Positions 40,634-48,700 of a stretch of 64,000 nucleotides of DNA are shown here, in pieces (position 1 is the stretch's first letter; each line of letters starts with the position of its first letter). Below the pieces are notes generated by a model. That model was not told where the DNA came from. It did no database searches and saw only the letters and a list, made by a program, of their open reading frames with translations. The DNA is from Pirellulaceae bacterium. Lineage in GTDB: Bacteria > Planctomycetota > Planctomycetia > Pirellulales > Pirellulaceae. A program made the position numbers and the translations under genes. Location of the stretch: assembly GCA_041753315.1 (NCBI GenBank), contig JBGSUV010000142.1, positions 139-64,138 of the forward strand. The letters are read 5' to 3'.

Positions 40634-40965
40634 GGGCAGAGCGACCACAAATCTCCTGGATGAAAAAGTCGCCATCAAAAATAGTCACGATCCGGTCAAT
40701 ATCGGCATCACCGTATTCGATGACAAAATCGATATCATGGGTTGATCGCGGGATACCCCAATAGTTGCTTGCCATTGAACCAACCAACATGTATTCAACC
40801 GACGATTGATTCAATCGTCGCAAGCAATCTACCAGCAATTCCTGTTCAGTCATTGCGTATCCCAGCGTTGACTTGAGACGTGTACGCCAAGCGTATTCGT
40901 TGATGGAGCTGTTCTTCGACAAAGGCCTTGTCTGCGTCCGGGTAGCGTCCGCGAATGCCGTCGCG
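40616..40965 (-). pseudogene. Internal fragment of the nucleotidyltransferase/antitoxin pair, duplicate of 56766-57115
   Basis: 350-bp direct repeat with about 11 substitutions (~97%), truncated at both ends. Confidence 0.92.
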
Positions 40966-41268
40966 ACTTATTTAACTCATGTACCAGAGCCGTTCAAAGT
41001 GGCAAGTGAGGCACTCAACCCTGAAGAATCATGGAAGAGCTGTATACGAAAATGCTCGGCATGGGTTCCGTACGAAATCAATTTGTCTCCACTGGGAACT
41101 AGAATATGATTCAAGGGCGGCTGCGTAGCGTTGCAGGGAGCCGGCTTTTGCACGCGCGCTTCTCGAGAGTTTGATCCCTCTCCGCCTCCGTCTCCGCTCG
41201 TGCGACATGATGACCGATGTACTTGATCAGTCGTCATTCGAAACGCTCCCGGCCTTTAACGCTCTGTG

Positions 41269-41655
41269 CTATATGTCAGGCTTGTCAGTTCTCGGTTCGA
41301 GCGCAATCACGATTTGGCTCCCGATCGCAGAAGCGTAGCGTTGCAAGTAGGCGAGAGTCGGGTTCGGAGCCTTGCTATTCTCCAGTCTCGACAGCGCCGA
41401 CTTGAGAATTCCCGTTCGGACCGCCAGTTCTGCAAGCGAAACTCCCGCGGCCTCTCGAGCTTCGCGAAGTTTCTGAACGATGGCCACAGCTTCCTCGCAG
41501 GCCTCGACAACCTTTGGTGCCATCATCTTTGCCGCCGCGATATTGTCCTCTTTTGCTGCCGCTTCCTCCGCCAAAGCGAGCTGAAACTGCTTACGTTCTT
41601 CATCGGTCATGGATGGGTATGCATTACGATCTGGCTTGAGCATGTTTTCATCCAT
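41269..41655 (-). CDS. XRE-family HTH protein (HigA-like antitoxin)
   Basis: REAAGVSLAELAVRTGILKSALSRLEN...NPTLAYLQRYASAIG HTH_3 pattern. Confidence 0.85.
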   Translation of the reverse strand: MDENMLKPDRNAYPSMTDEERKQFQLALAEEAAAKEDNIAAAKMMAPKVVEACEEAVAIVQKLREAREAAGVSLAELAVRTGILKSALSRLENSKAPNPTLAYLQRYASAIGSQIVIALEPRTDKPDI

Positions 41656-41707
41656 TTAATTAGTCTGCGATCCAGCGAGCGCGATCAGTCGATTCCAAGA
41701 TAGGTAG

Positions 41708-41953
41708 TTAGTCAATTTCGTAAGCTGTTCGAGGTTCGATCTGCGTATGCTCATGATCCAGCCAGTCAAATACGCAGAACAGGACTCGGCCATCGTCAGT
41801 GACACCAACGACTGCGGGACGTCCTGTACTCCGACTCTTAGTTCGTTCGCTCCGTGCGTCCTGCACAACAGCTTCAAAATCCTCGGGAGCTACACCGTTA
41901 TCCGCTAAATGCTCGACGATTTCGTCCGTCCAGTGAAAGAAATAGTAGGGCAA
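41708..41953 (-). CDS. BrnT/RelE-fold-like toxin
   Basis: 81 aa from a TTG start with AAGGTG RBS; FHWTDEIVEHLADNGVAPEDFEAV...GRVLFCVF...RTAY pattern; directly upstream of the HTH gene. Confidence 0.7.
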   Translation of the reverse strand: MPYYFFHWTDEIVEHLADNGVAPEDFEAVVQDARSERTKSRSTGRPAVVGVTDDGRVLFCVFDWLDHEHTQIEPRTAYEID

Positions 41954-41994
41954 GGTGTTCACCTTAATGTTAACTCGCTGCGTGAGAAAAATCC

Positions 41995-42030
41995 AGTTCA
42001 ATGAGGCCGCGTTCTTTCGAACGCGGAAAG
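41995..42030 (-). CRISPR. Solitary CRISPR repeat variant (candidate crRNA-like RNA with spacer-like flank 41954-41994)
   Basis: CTTTCCGCGTTC-GAAA-GAACGCGGCCTCATTGAACT, 31/36 identical to the array repeat; 8-bp stem intact; all changes in the loop and the last 2 nt. Confidence 0.92.
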
Positions 42031-42031
42031 G

Positions 42032-42371
42032 GTGTCAACCAAGTTGGTTTCACAGCGGCGATGCCGCGGTATCCACATCAATCGACGCGGCCTAAAAGTT
42101 GAAGCACAACTGCATGACGAATCTGAATTGGCTTTGCAGGTCGACCGTGCTCTCAGGAAGTCAGCGACTTGGAAGAGTCTATCGGCGCATCAACGTCATG
42201 TCATCGTGCAATGCGTGATGCTCGACTGCTCTCCAGCAAGCGTAGCGCTCAAGCTTGGTCTAAAGGCGTCAAACGGTTGCAAGCTGGGCAGTTCGAATTC
42301 CCAAGCGACTGGCAACAGAGCCAGCCTTTCAAAAATTGAAGCGGCAGTTGGAGGTAAAAGATGGACAATGA
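42032..42371 (+). pseudogene. Sigma70 region-4-like HTH gene with an apparent +1 frameshift near 42272
   Basis: LSAHQRHVIVQCVMLDCSPASVALKLGLKAS continues in the shifted frame as TVASWAVRIPKRL...KDGQ-stop, which overlaps the next ATG; start uncertain. Confidence 0.5.
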
Positions 42372-42549
42372 GTCCCTACTTGATTGCTGGACGATGTTCA
42401 GTCGAGAACACGACAACATTTCTGTGGACCGAATGCTCTGCGCTCCCGAACTCCGCTCAAAGTTCCTTGTGTCGGTGGCAGGCAACGATCCGACCGCAAC
42501 CGCTCCAACGGCAACTAGTGGGACTGAGGAAGAACAAAAAAAATACTAA
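42361..42549 (+). CDS. Short hypothetical ORF, possibly truncated at an A8 tract
   Basis: MDNESLL...SVDRMLCAPELRSKF; stop follows the A8 run at 42536-42543. Confidence 0.35.
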   Translation: MDNESLLDCWTMFSREHDNISVDRMLCAPELRSKFLVSVAGNDPTATAPTATSGTEEEQKKY

Positions 42550-42553
42550 AAAA

Positions 42554-42569
42554 GCTAGAGAAATCCTAA
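42554..42569 (-). promoter_or_regulatory. Candidate PAM + partial protospacer (TTA-GGATTTCTCTAGC) for the solitary-repeat guide, in the cas7 upstream region
   Basis: Matches guide positions 1-6, 8-10 and 13; next to an A-tract and a weak GTGACC-N16-TACTGT promoter candidate (42574-42601). Confidence 0.55.
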
Positions 42570-42648
42570 CCCAGTGACCTAACGTGTCACACGGATACTG
42601 TAGTCTGCGTCTTAAACCAATTAACACCTTCAAGCTTCGGAGATTCAA

Positions 42649-43926
42649 ATGGCAAGTTCGTTCGATTTGTCTGCAGTACAAGAGGCCGTCAAAAGTGCGG
42701 CGGCATTGCGCCGTCGGAGTAAACTTCAATCGGCTGGTGGCGAAGGAGACAAAGTGTTTCCGCCGACGTATGCGAACGCGGTTTATGCGACAGAGAAACG
42801 TCGCGTCGAAGGATATGACAATCCTGTTGATTGTGTATTGCTTGATTCCGTGCAATCTCAAGCAAATCGAATGGAGGAAGCCTTGCAGCAAGCGGTCGAC
42901 GGTGGACGATTGACAATTCCAGTCATCGAAGTCGATTTCACGAAGTTCTTCCCCGGTGATGACCAACCGGAAGATTTGAGGCTGATTGATCCGGTCGGCA
43001 AGGTAACTTCGTTGCAAGCTCCGCACCGCATTGCTGACGCGATCCTGCGTGACAGCATTGTGATTGAGGATGGTAAGCAGTTTCGGGCGTCGAAAGAATG
43101 CGATGAATCGAGCTATGGTCAACGCCTGCGCCGCGTCTCGAACCAAGATGCGACAGTATTGTTTGAGTTGTGTCCCACGGCACTTATTTTTGGAATGTGG
43201 GATTCGACTGGACCAAAAGGTGGCTTGGGAGCAAAGTTTGAACGGGCATTGGTTAGCGAAATTATTGGTATCGATGCAACTCGCGGAGTTCGGTCTAGTA
43301 GCCGTATTGATCCGCTGGGAATACAAAAAGAAGCTGCCCTACTTTACGCGAGCAAAGAAGGCGGTTGGACACTAGATAAAGCTGATGCGAAAACTGAAAA
43401 AAGCAAACCAATGCTATTGGGCAAAGACGGGAAGCCTTCAGAAGCCAATCATGGCAATGTGACGCCGGACTTGAAGGACAAGAAGGGACAAGCTTACCAT
43501 GGTGGCGTAACGATTCATCATGCATTGCAAACGACCGTCATTTCGCTCGCTGCCCTTCGTCGATTGCGGTTTCCAATTGATGGGGAGTGGAGTGATGAAG
43601 CAGATCAGGCGGCTCGGACGGTATTGGTTGCAGTGGCGTTGTGTGCCGCGGCGCTGGCTGATGAATCGGGGCTGGACTTGCGTTCTCGATGTGTGCTCTA
43701 CGGCAATGAACCGCTGACTTGGTCATTGCTTGATCGCAAGCAACCCAAAGAACTCAGCTTGTCTGGAGACGAAGCAATTGAACTGCTGGATGCAGCAGTC
43801 GCCGCCGCTAAGAAGCTCGGACTTCCGTGGCGTGAAGAACCGTTGCAACTTCGTCCAAGTGAAAAACTGGTCAAACTCGTCGCCAAGAGTCAGCTACTCG
43901 CAGTGCAAAAGGGAGCAGAGGAATGA
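42649..43926 (+). CDS. cas7: Type I-G CRISPR-associated Cas7 (Csb1/GSU0053 family)
   Basis: KVFPPTY, LLDSVQSQANRMEEAL, PHRIADA, LIFGMWDS and SSRIDPLGI motifs. Confidence 0.95.
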   Translation: MASSFDLSAVQEAVKSAAALRRRSKLQSAGGEGDKVFPPTYANAVYATEKRRVEGYDNPVDCVLLDSVQSQANRMEEALQQAVDGGRLTIPVIEVDFTKFFPGDDQPEDLRLIDPVGKVTSLQAPHRIADAILRDSIVIEDGKQFRASKECDESSYGQRLRRVSNQDATVLFELCPTALIFGMWDSTGPKGGLGAKFERALVSEIIGIDATRGVRSSSRIDPLGIQKEAALLYASKEGGWTLDKADAKTEKSKPMLLGKDGKPSEANHGNVTPDLKDKKGQAYHGGVTIHHALQTTVISLAALRRLRFPIDGEWSDEADQAARTVLVAVALCAAALADESGLDLRSRCVLYGNEPLTWSLLDRKQPKELSLSGDEAIELLDAAVAAAKKLGLPWREEPLQLRPSEKLVKLVAKSQLLAVQKGAEE

Positions 43927-45656
43927 GCGATCTGACAATTGCTTGGGAGTATCTCACAGGCTACTGTGTCGCCAGCCATCCGAGCCGTCGCGATCGGGCA
44001 GAATGGCCACCGCATCCGGCCCGCGTTTACATGGCGCTCGCCGCCGCATGGTTTGAATCGGAACCGATTGCTGAAGATAAAGCGGCGCGAAAAGATCATG
44101 AAGCCGAAGGTGGGGCGTTGCGTTGGCTTGAGGGTTTGGGCGATCCGGAAATTTCCTTGCCACGAGTAGATCGAGAATTCGAGCGGACGAACGTTGACGT
44201 GTTTGTTCCAATCAACGATTCAGCAGGACCATCGGCTGCTATCCTGCAATCCGCACCTACGCTGACCCGCGACAAGCAACCTCGTTGCTTTCCACGAGTC
44301 TATGTTGGCGACGATCCATGCGTGCTATTGTGGCGTGATGTGAATGATTTAGAAACGCATCAAAATGCGTTATCACAGTTATGTAGCAAAGTCACTCGTA
44401 TTGGTCATTCTTCCTCGATGGTATCGATGTGGGTCGCGACTAATGACGAGCATCCACGAACCGAATCGGATTCGTTGATTCCAGATGTCACGTCCTCGGA
44501 CATGCGCGCGAGAACGATTCCAAACGGGTTTCTCGACATTTTGACCGACCGATTCGGCAAGGAGTGTCGCGATCAGCACGAGCTAATTGGCGAACAAATA
44601 GAACAACTGAAAACCCAGAAAAACAACGTCAAAGGCAAAGGAGCTAAGGAAGCCAAGGCCGAGATTGATTCACAGGTAGAAACACTGGAAGTTGAGCTTG
44701 CGAAAATATCGTTTCAGCCCGCCGTTCGCCCCACGACTTCTAGCTGGAGCGGCTATCGAAAACAGACTCTCATTGCGCACAAAACACTCGCGCACAGTGG
44801 TTTTGACACGGACGTTCTCGTACTCGTCGGCCAGCGGGATTTACGACTGTCTGCTGAAAGCACTTTGTTAGCTACAGAAACACTGCGCCGAACCATTATG
44901 AGCGTCATCCCAGACCCAGTGCCGAATTGGATCACCGGTCATCGAACGAGTGGTGAACCATTGCAAGATGGAGTAGGGCATATTGCGTGTTTTCCATTGC
45001 TGTCATCGGGATTTCCGTATTCGGACGGCCATCTTTTGGGCGTCGGAATTGTTTTCCCTCGCACGGTGAGTCGACAAGATCGCGGCTTGGCCATGCGTTC
45101 GCTGTTGGTTGAGCCACATGGAAGCCAAAAAGAAGTTCGATTGAAGTTTGGGCGACTTGGCGAGTGGAGTTTGGTTCCTCGCGATTGGACTGAAGAAAGA
45201 GTTGCACTTAAACCCGAAACTTGGACAGCGGCCCCGAATGGAAGGATGACGTGGGCTAGTGTCACGCCAGTCGTGTTGGATCGGTTCCCCAAAGCAGATC
45301 GGATCAAGCAACGAACACAATGGACCGATGAGGTAATTGGATTGGTCGCCAAAGCTTGTGAAAACGTTGGGCTCCCACGCCCAGCGGACATTGATGTGGA
45401 CACAACCTCGTGGCAATCAGGTTCCCCGCGAGCGTTACAAAAGCGTCGCCCATTGCGCGGACAAGATTCAAGTTCAACGAATCAAGCTGCGCTGGGTAAC
45501 GGGTTCCCTGCTTACCCAGCCAAGAGCGGAAACGGCTCGAAGCCGCAAGTTCATGTGTGGCTTAGATTCTCGGAAGCAGTCGTAGGACCAGTGATTCTTG
45601 GAGCTGGGCGTTACTTGGGTTACGGACTTTGCATGCCTTGGAGCGAACCACGATAA
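43923..45656 (+). CDS. csb2: Type I-G Csb2 (Cas5-Cas6 fusion, GSU0054 family)
   Basis: EWPPHPARVYMALAA N-terminus; WASVTPVVLDRFP; C-terminal GPVILGAGRYLGYGLC G-rich loop. Confidence 0.95.
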   Translation: MSDLTIAWEYLTGYCVASHPSRRDRAEWPPHPARVYMALAAAWFESEPIAEDKAARKDHEAEGGALRWLEGLGDPEISLPRVDREFERTNVDVFVPINDSAGPSAAILQSAPTLTRDKQPRCFPRVYVGDDPCVLLWRDVNDLETHQNALSQLCSKVTRIGHSSSMVSMWVATNDEHPRTESDSLIPDVTSSDMRARTIPNGFLDILTDRFGKECRDQHELIGEQIEQLKTQKNNVKGKGAKEAKAEIDSQVETLEVELAKISFQPAVRPTTSSWSGYRKQTLIAHKTLAHSGFDTDVLVLVGQRDLRLSAESTLLATETLRRTIMSVIPDPVPNWITGHRTSGEPLQDGVGHIACFPLLSSGFPYSDGHLLGVGIVFPRTVSRQDRGLAMRSLLVEPHGSQKEVRLKFGRLGEWSLVPRDWTEERVALKPETWTAAPNGRMTWASVTPVVLDRFPKADRIKQRTQWTDEVIGLVAKACENVGLPRPADIDVDTTSWQSGSPRALQKRRPLRGQDSSSTNQAALGNGFPAYPAKSGNGSKPQVHVWLRFSEAVVGPVILGAGRYLGYGLCMPWSEPR

Positions 45657-48600
45657 TGGACGTCAAAGCAGAACACTTTGCCAATTTTTTCCGCGAACTG
45701 CATTCAACGAGCCAAAGGCAGGCAGAGCCCTATCCGTGGCAATGCCGACTGGCTGAGCGTGCAACGTGCGGAGATTGGCCCGGCGCTATTGACTTGCCAA
45801 CCGGTAGCGGAAAGTCTGCGTGCATTGACATCGCTGTGTTTGCATTGGCCTGTCAAGCATCGTTGCCTGTTGAAGAGCGTAACGCGCCACGTCGTATTGT
45901 TTTCTGCGTGAACCGTCGTGTAATTGTTGATGAAGCGTACCAACGATCCCACAAGATTGCGGAATCGCTTTGGCGTGCTGAGCGGGACAATGATCCAGAG
46001 AAACCGACGCTGGTTGCTGTTGCAAAATGCCTTCGAAATATGGCGGGATATAGTGAAACCATCGCGGATGTTCCTCCGCTGGATGCATTGGAGCTGCGGG
46101 GCGGTATCTATCGAGACAATCGCTGGGCGAGATCTGCGGTGCAGCCAACCATCATTTGTTCGACCATTGACCAAATTGGTTCACGATTGCTGTTTCGCGG
46201 TTATGGTGTATCGTCCAGCGCAGCTCCGATTCAAGCGGCATTGTTGGCTTACGATAGCCTGATTCTGTTGGATGAAGCGCACATTAGCCAACCACTTCTA
46301 CAAACGGTCCAATGGACGCAGAGATATCTCGATCCAACGCGATGGGCGCGCGAGAAGTTTGGCCCCAAGCCGATGTTGTTTGTCCCGATGACTGCCACAC
46401 CAACGACGGAAATGCAAAATCGTGGTGTGATCCATCTTCAGGAGGATGATCGCTCCGACAAATACCCACTTATTGCTCGCCTCAAAGCGAAAAAACCGAC
46501 GCTGCTTCAGTCCGATAAAGATATTGTTCATGCTGCGATAAAAGCAGCCAAGGATCGTCTGATCGACGAGCCGAAATCAATTGGCATCATCGTAAATCGC
46601 GTTGCGTCGGCGAGAACTATCTATGCCGAGTTGCAAATGCTAACAAGCAAAACTCCTGAGCTAGTCGTTGAATTGGTCATTGGCTCGATGCGTCCTGTTG
46701 ACCGCGATAAACAGCAGGAGCGACTTCGAGAAACAATCGGACCGGAGCGGCCAAGAAAGACTGAAACGAACAGCGTTACGATTTCGACACAGTGCTTAGA
46801 AGTAGGTGCGGATTATGACTTCGACTTCCTCATCACCGAATGTGCGTCGCTTGATGCGCTGAGACAACGATTCGGAAGATTGAATCGTAAGGGGCGCGAC
46901 ATCGACGCCGAGGGGCTGATATTGATCAACGAGAAACAAGTTCAGGAAGAGGAAAAGCTTGATGATACAAAACTTGTTGATGCAATCTATGGCAACGCAC
47001 TCTCGCGAACCTGGAATTGGCTTAACGAAGTTGCGGAAGAAGGTCGCGTAGATTTTGGTCTGGATGCATTTGCAAAATTGCTTGTAGATCGCGGCGAGAA
47101 TGGCCGACCACCTTGTGAGTTGTTATCACCAGCAGCGAGCTTGAACTCTCCAGTGATGATGCCCGCATACGTTGACCTTTGGAGCCAAACGTCACCGAGA
47201 CCAGAGGTCGACCCCGATGTGTCGTTGTTTATTCATGGCCCTCAAGAGGCGATGCACGATGTGCGAGTCTGCTGGAGAACCGATCTGGAAAATAATGAGT
47301 CAACTGAAGCTTGGATCGACATCGTGTCCATGTTGCCACCAACTTCTGCTGAATGCATGAGCGTTCCGATATCGAGGTTTCGCAAATGGGTTCTTAGTGA
47401 AAGTGAATTCGGTGAGACTCAATCAGACATGCTTGCAGCTCAAGAAAATACTGGGTCGCAGAAAAAGGGAAATAAGAAGGAACAAGATTCACTTCACTCG
47501 ACGTTCATTATCTGGCGCGGAAATGAGAAATCGGTCAATGTAAATAGCGTGAAAAAACTCGGGCGATTGCGTCCCGGCGATACTTTGGTGTTGCCTGTTT
47601 CGGCAGGGGGATGGAGTGAGCTTGGACACGTTGTGGTCGAGGAGGGTGAAGTAGAAGTTGATATCGCAGAGGACGCATGGCGCGCGTCGAAAGATCGTGA
47701 AGTGATGCGGTTGTGTTCAGCGACGCGAAAGCTATATCCAGAAGGTGAGTCCGTCAATGACCTATTCGCTGCTGCGGCTGAAATTGACGAACCATTGCGA
47801 ATTGAGCAGTGGCGGGAGTTGCTCATTCGTGTCAGCACCGAACTATCGGAATCAGATCCGGAACTGAGCAATCGTTTTGAACGACTAGCAGACCGAAAAA
47901 CGGGTTTAGTCGTCGAGCGTTATCCCGACGGTTGCGGTGTGGTGTTGCTGAGCTGTCGACGCTTGGGGTCACACATTTGGTTCTTGCCACCTTTAGATGA
48001 AGGTGACGACGAACAATCACACATCAGCGGGCAAAGAGAATTGTCGTTGACTGAGCATACGCAAGATGTTGTGACATTCGCGAAACGATCATGTGAATTA
48101 TTGTTGCCAGAAGAGTTGTTGGAATTGTTTGCGCTCGCTTCCGAGTTGCACGACTTGGGCAAAGCTGATGAGCGGTTCCAAGCGATGCTGCGGCGAACGA
48201 GCTGCACAGATGCATGGCTGCACTGGCAAAATGACGGCTCGCTGTTGGCGAAATCAGAGGGTAAGGCCTTGTCACGAAAGGACGCGAATGCCGCGCGTAT
48301 ACGAGCGGGATTGCCGAAGGGTTTTCGTCACGAAATGCTATCGTTGCAACTCGCTCAGCGGTGCGAACAACTGCCGTCAGATGATCTGCAACGCGACTTG
48401 GTTCTTCATTTGGTCGGCTCGCATCACAAGCACTGTCGTCCCTTAGCACCAGTCGTAGACGATCCATGTCCGCCGGACGTTCAAGTTGGTAATCTGTACA
48501 TCAGCGGTGAAGATCGACAGCTCAATCTGTTACACGGCTTCGATTCAGGAATACCAGGGCGGTTTTGGAAGTTGACTCGACACTTCGGATGGTGGGCTTT

Positions 48601-48700
48601 GGCATATTTGGAATCAGTCCTTCGATTGGCGGATCAACAAGCAAGTGCATTGGCAGAATCGCGAACGAAAACAGAACCAGAAGCAGAGGGTAATTCGTAA
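45656..48700 (+). CDS. cas3: Type I-G Cas3 (N-terminal SF2 helicase, C-terminal HD nuclease)
   Basis: LPTGSGKS, DEAH and QRFGRLNR helicase motifs; C-terminal LTEH, LHDLGK, FRHE and SHH; ATG overlaps the csb2 stop. Confidence 0.95.
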   Translation: MDVKAEHFANFFRELHSTSQRQAEPYPWQCRLAERATCGDWPGAIDLPTGSGKSACIDIAVFALACQASLPVEERNAPRRIVFCVNRRVIVDEAYQRSHKIAESLWRAERDNDPEKPTLVAVAKCLRNMAGYSETIADVPPLDALELRGGIYRDNRWARSAVQPTIICSTIDQIGSRLLFRGYGVSSSAAPIQAALLAYDSLILLDEAHISQPLLQTVQWTQRYLDPTRWAREKFGPKPMLFVPMTATPTTEMQNRGVIHLQEDDRSDKYPLIARLKAKKPTLLQSDKDIVHAAIKAAKDRLIDEPKSIGIIVNRVASARTIYAELQMLTSKTPELVVELVIGSMRPVDRDKQQERLRETIGPERPRKTETNSVTISTQCLEVGADYDFDFLITECASLDALRQRFGRLNRKGRDIDAEGLILINEKQVQEEEKLDDTKLVDAIYGNALSRTWNWLNEVAEEGRVDFGLDAFAKLLVDRGENGRPPCELLSPAASLNSPVMMPAYVDLWSQTSPRPEVDPDVSLFIHGPQEAMHDVRVCWRTDLENNESTEAWIDIVSMLPPTSAECMSVPISRFRKWVLSESEFGETQSDMLAAQENTGSQKKGNKKEQDSLHSTFIIWRGNEKSVNVNSVKKLGRLRPGDTLVLPVSAGGWSELGHVVVEEGEVEVDIAEDAWRASKDREVMRLCSATRKLYPEGESVNDLFAAAAEIDEPLRIEQWRELLIRVSTELSESDPELSNRFERLADRKTGLVVERYPDGCGVVLLSCRRLGSHIWFLPPLDEGDDEQSHISGQRELSLTEHTQDVVTFAKRSCELLLPEELLELFALASELHDLGKADERFQAMLRRTSCTDAWLHWQNDGSLLAKSEGKALSRKDANAARIRAGLPKGFRHEMLSLQLAQRCEQLPSDDLQRDLVLHLVGSHHKHCRPLAPVVDDPCPPDVQVGNLYISGEDRQLNLLHGFDSGIPGRFWKLTRHFGWWALAYLESVLRLADQQASALAESRTKTEPEAEGNS

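Noticed and set aside
40970-40997. ATTTAACTCAT as the XerD arm of a dif/pdif site
   Set aside because: Partial match to one arm only; no XerC-like arm at 6-bp spacing
41904-41939. 36-bp segment starting GCT and ending GAAAG as the downstream partner repeat of the solitary repeat
   Set aside because: Only about 17/36 identity, no stem, 55 bp away and inside the toxin CDS; compatible with chance
42033-42038. Perfect TTGACA on the minus strand as the -35 of the repeat/toxin transcript
   Set aside because: No TAnnnT at 16-18 bp spacing (that position falls inside the repeat stem)
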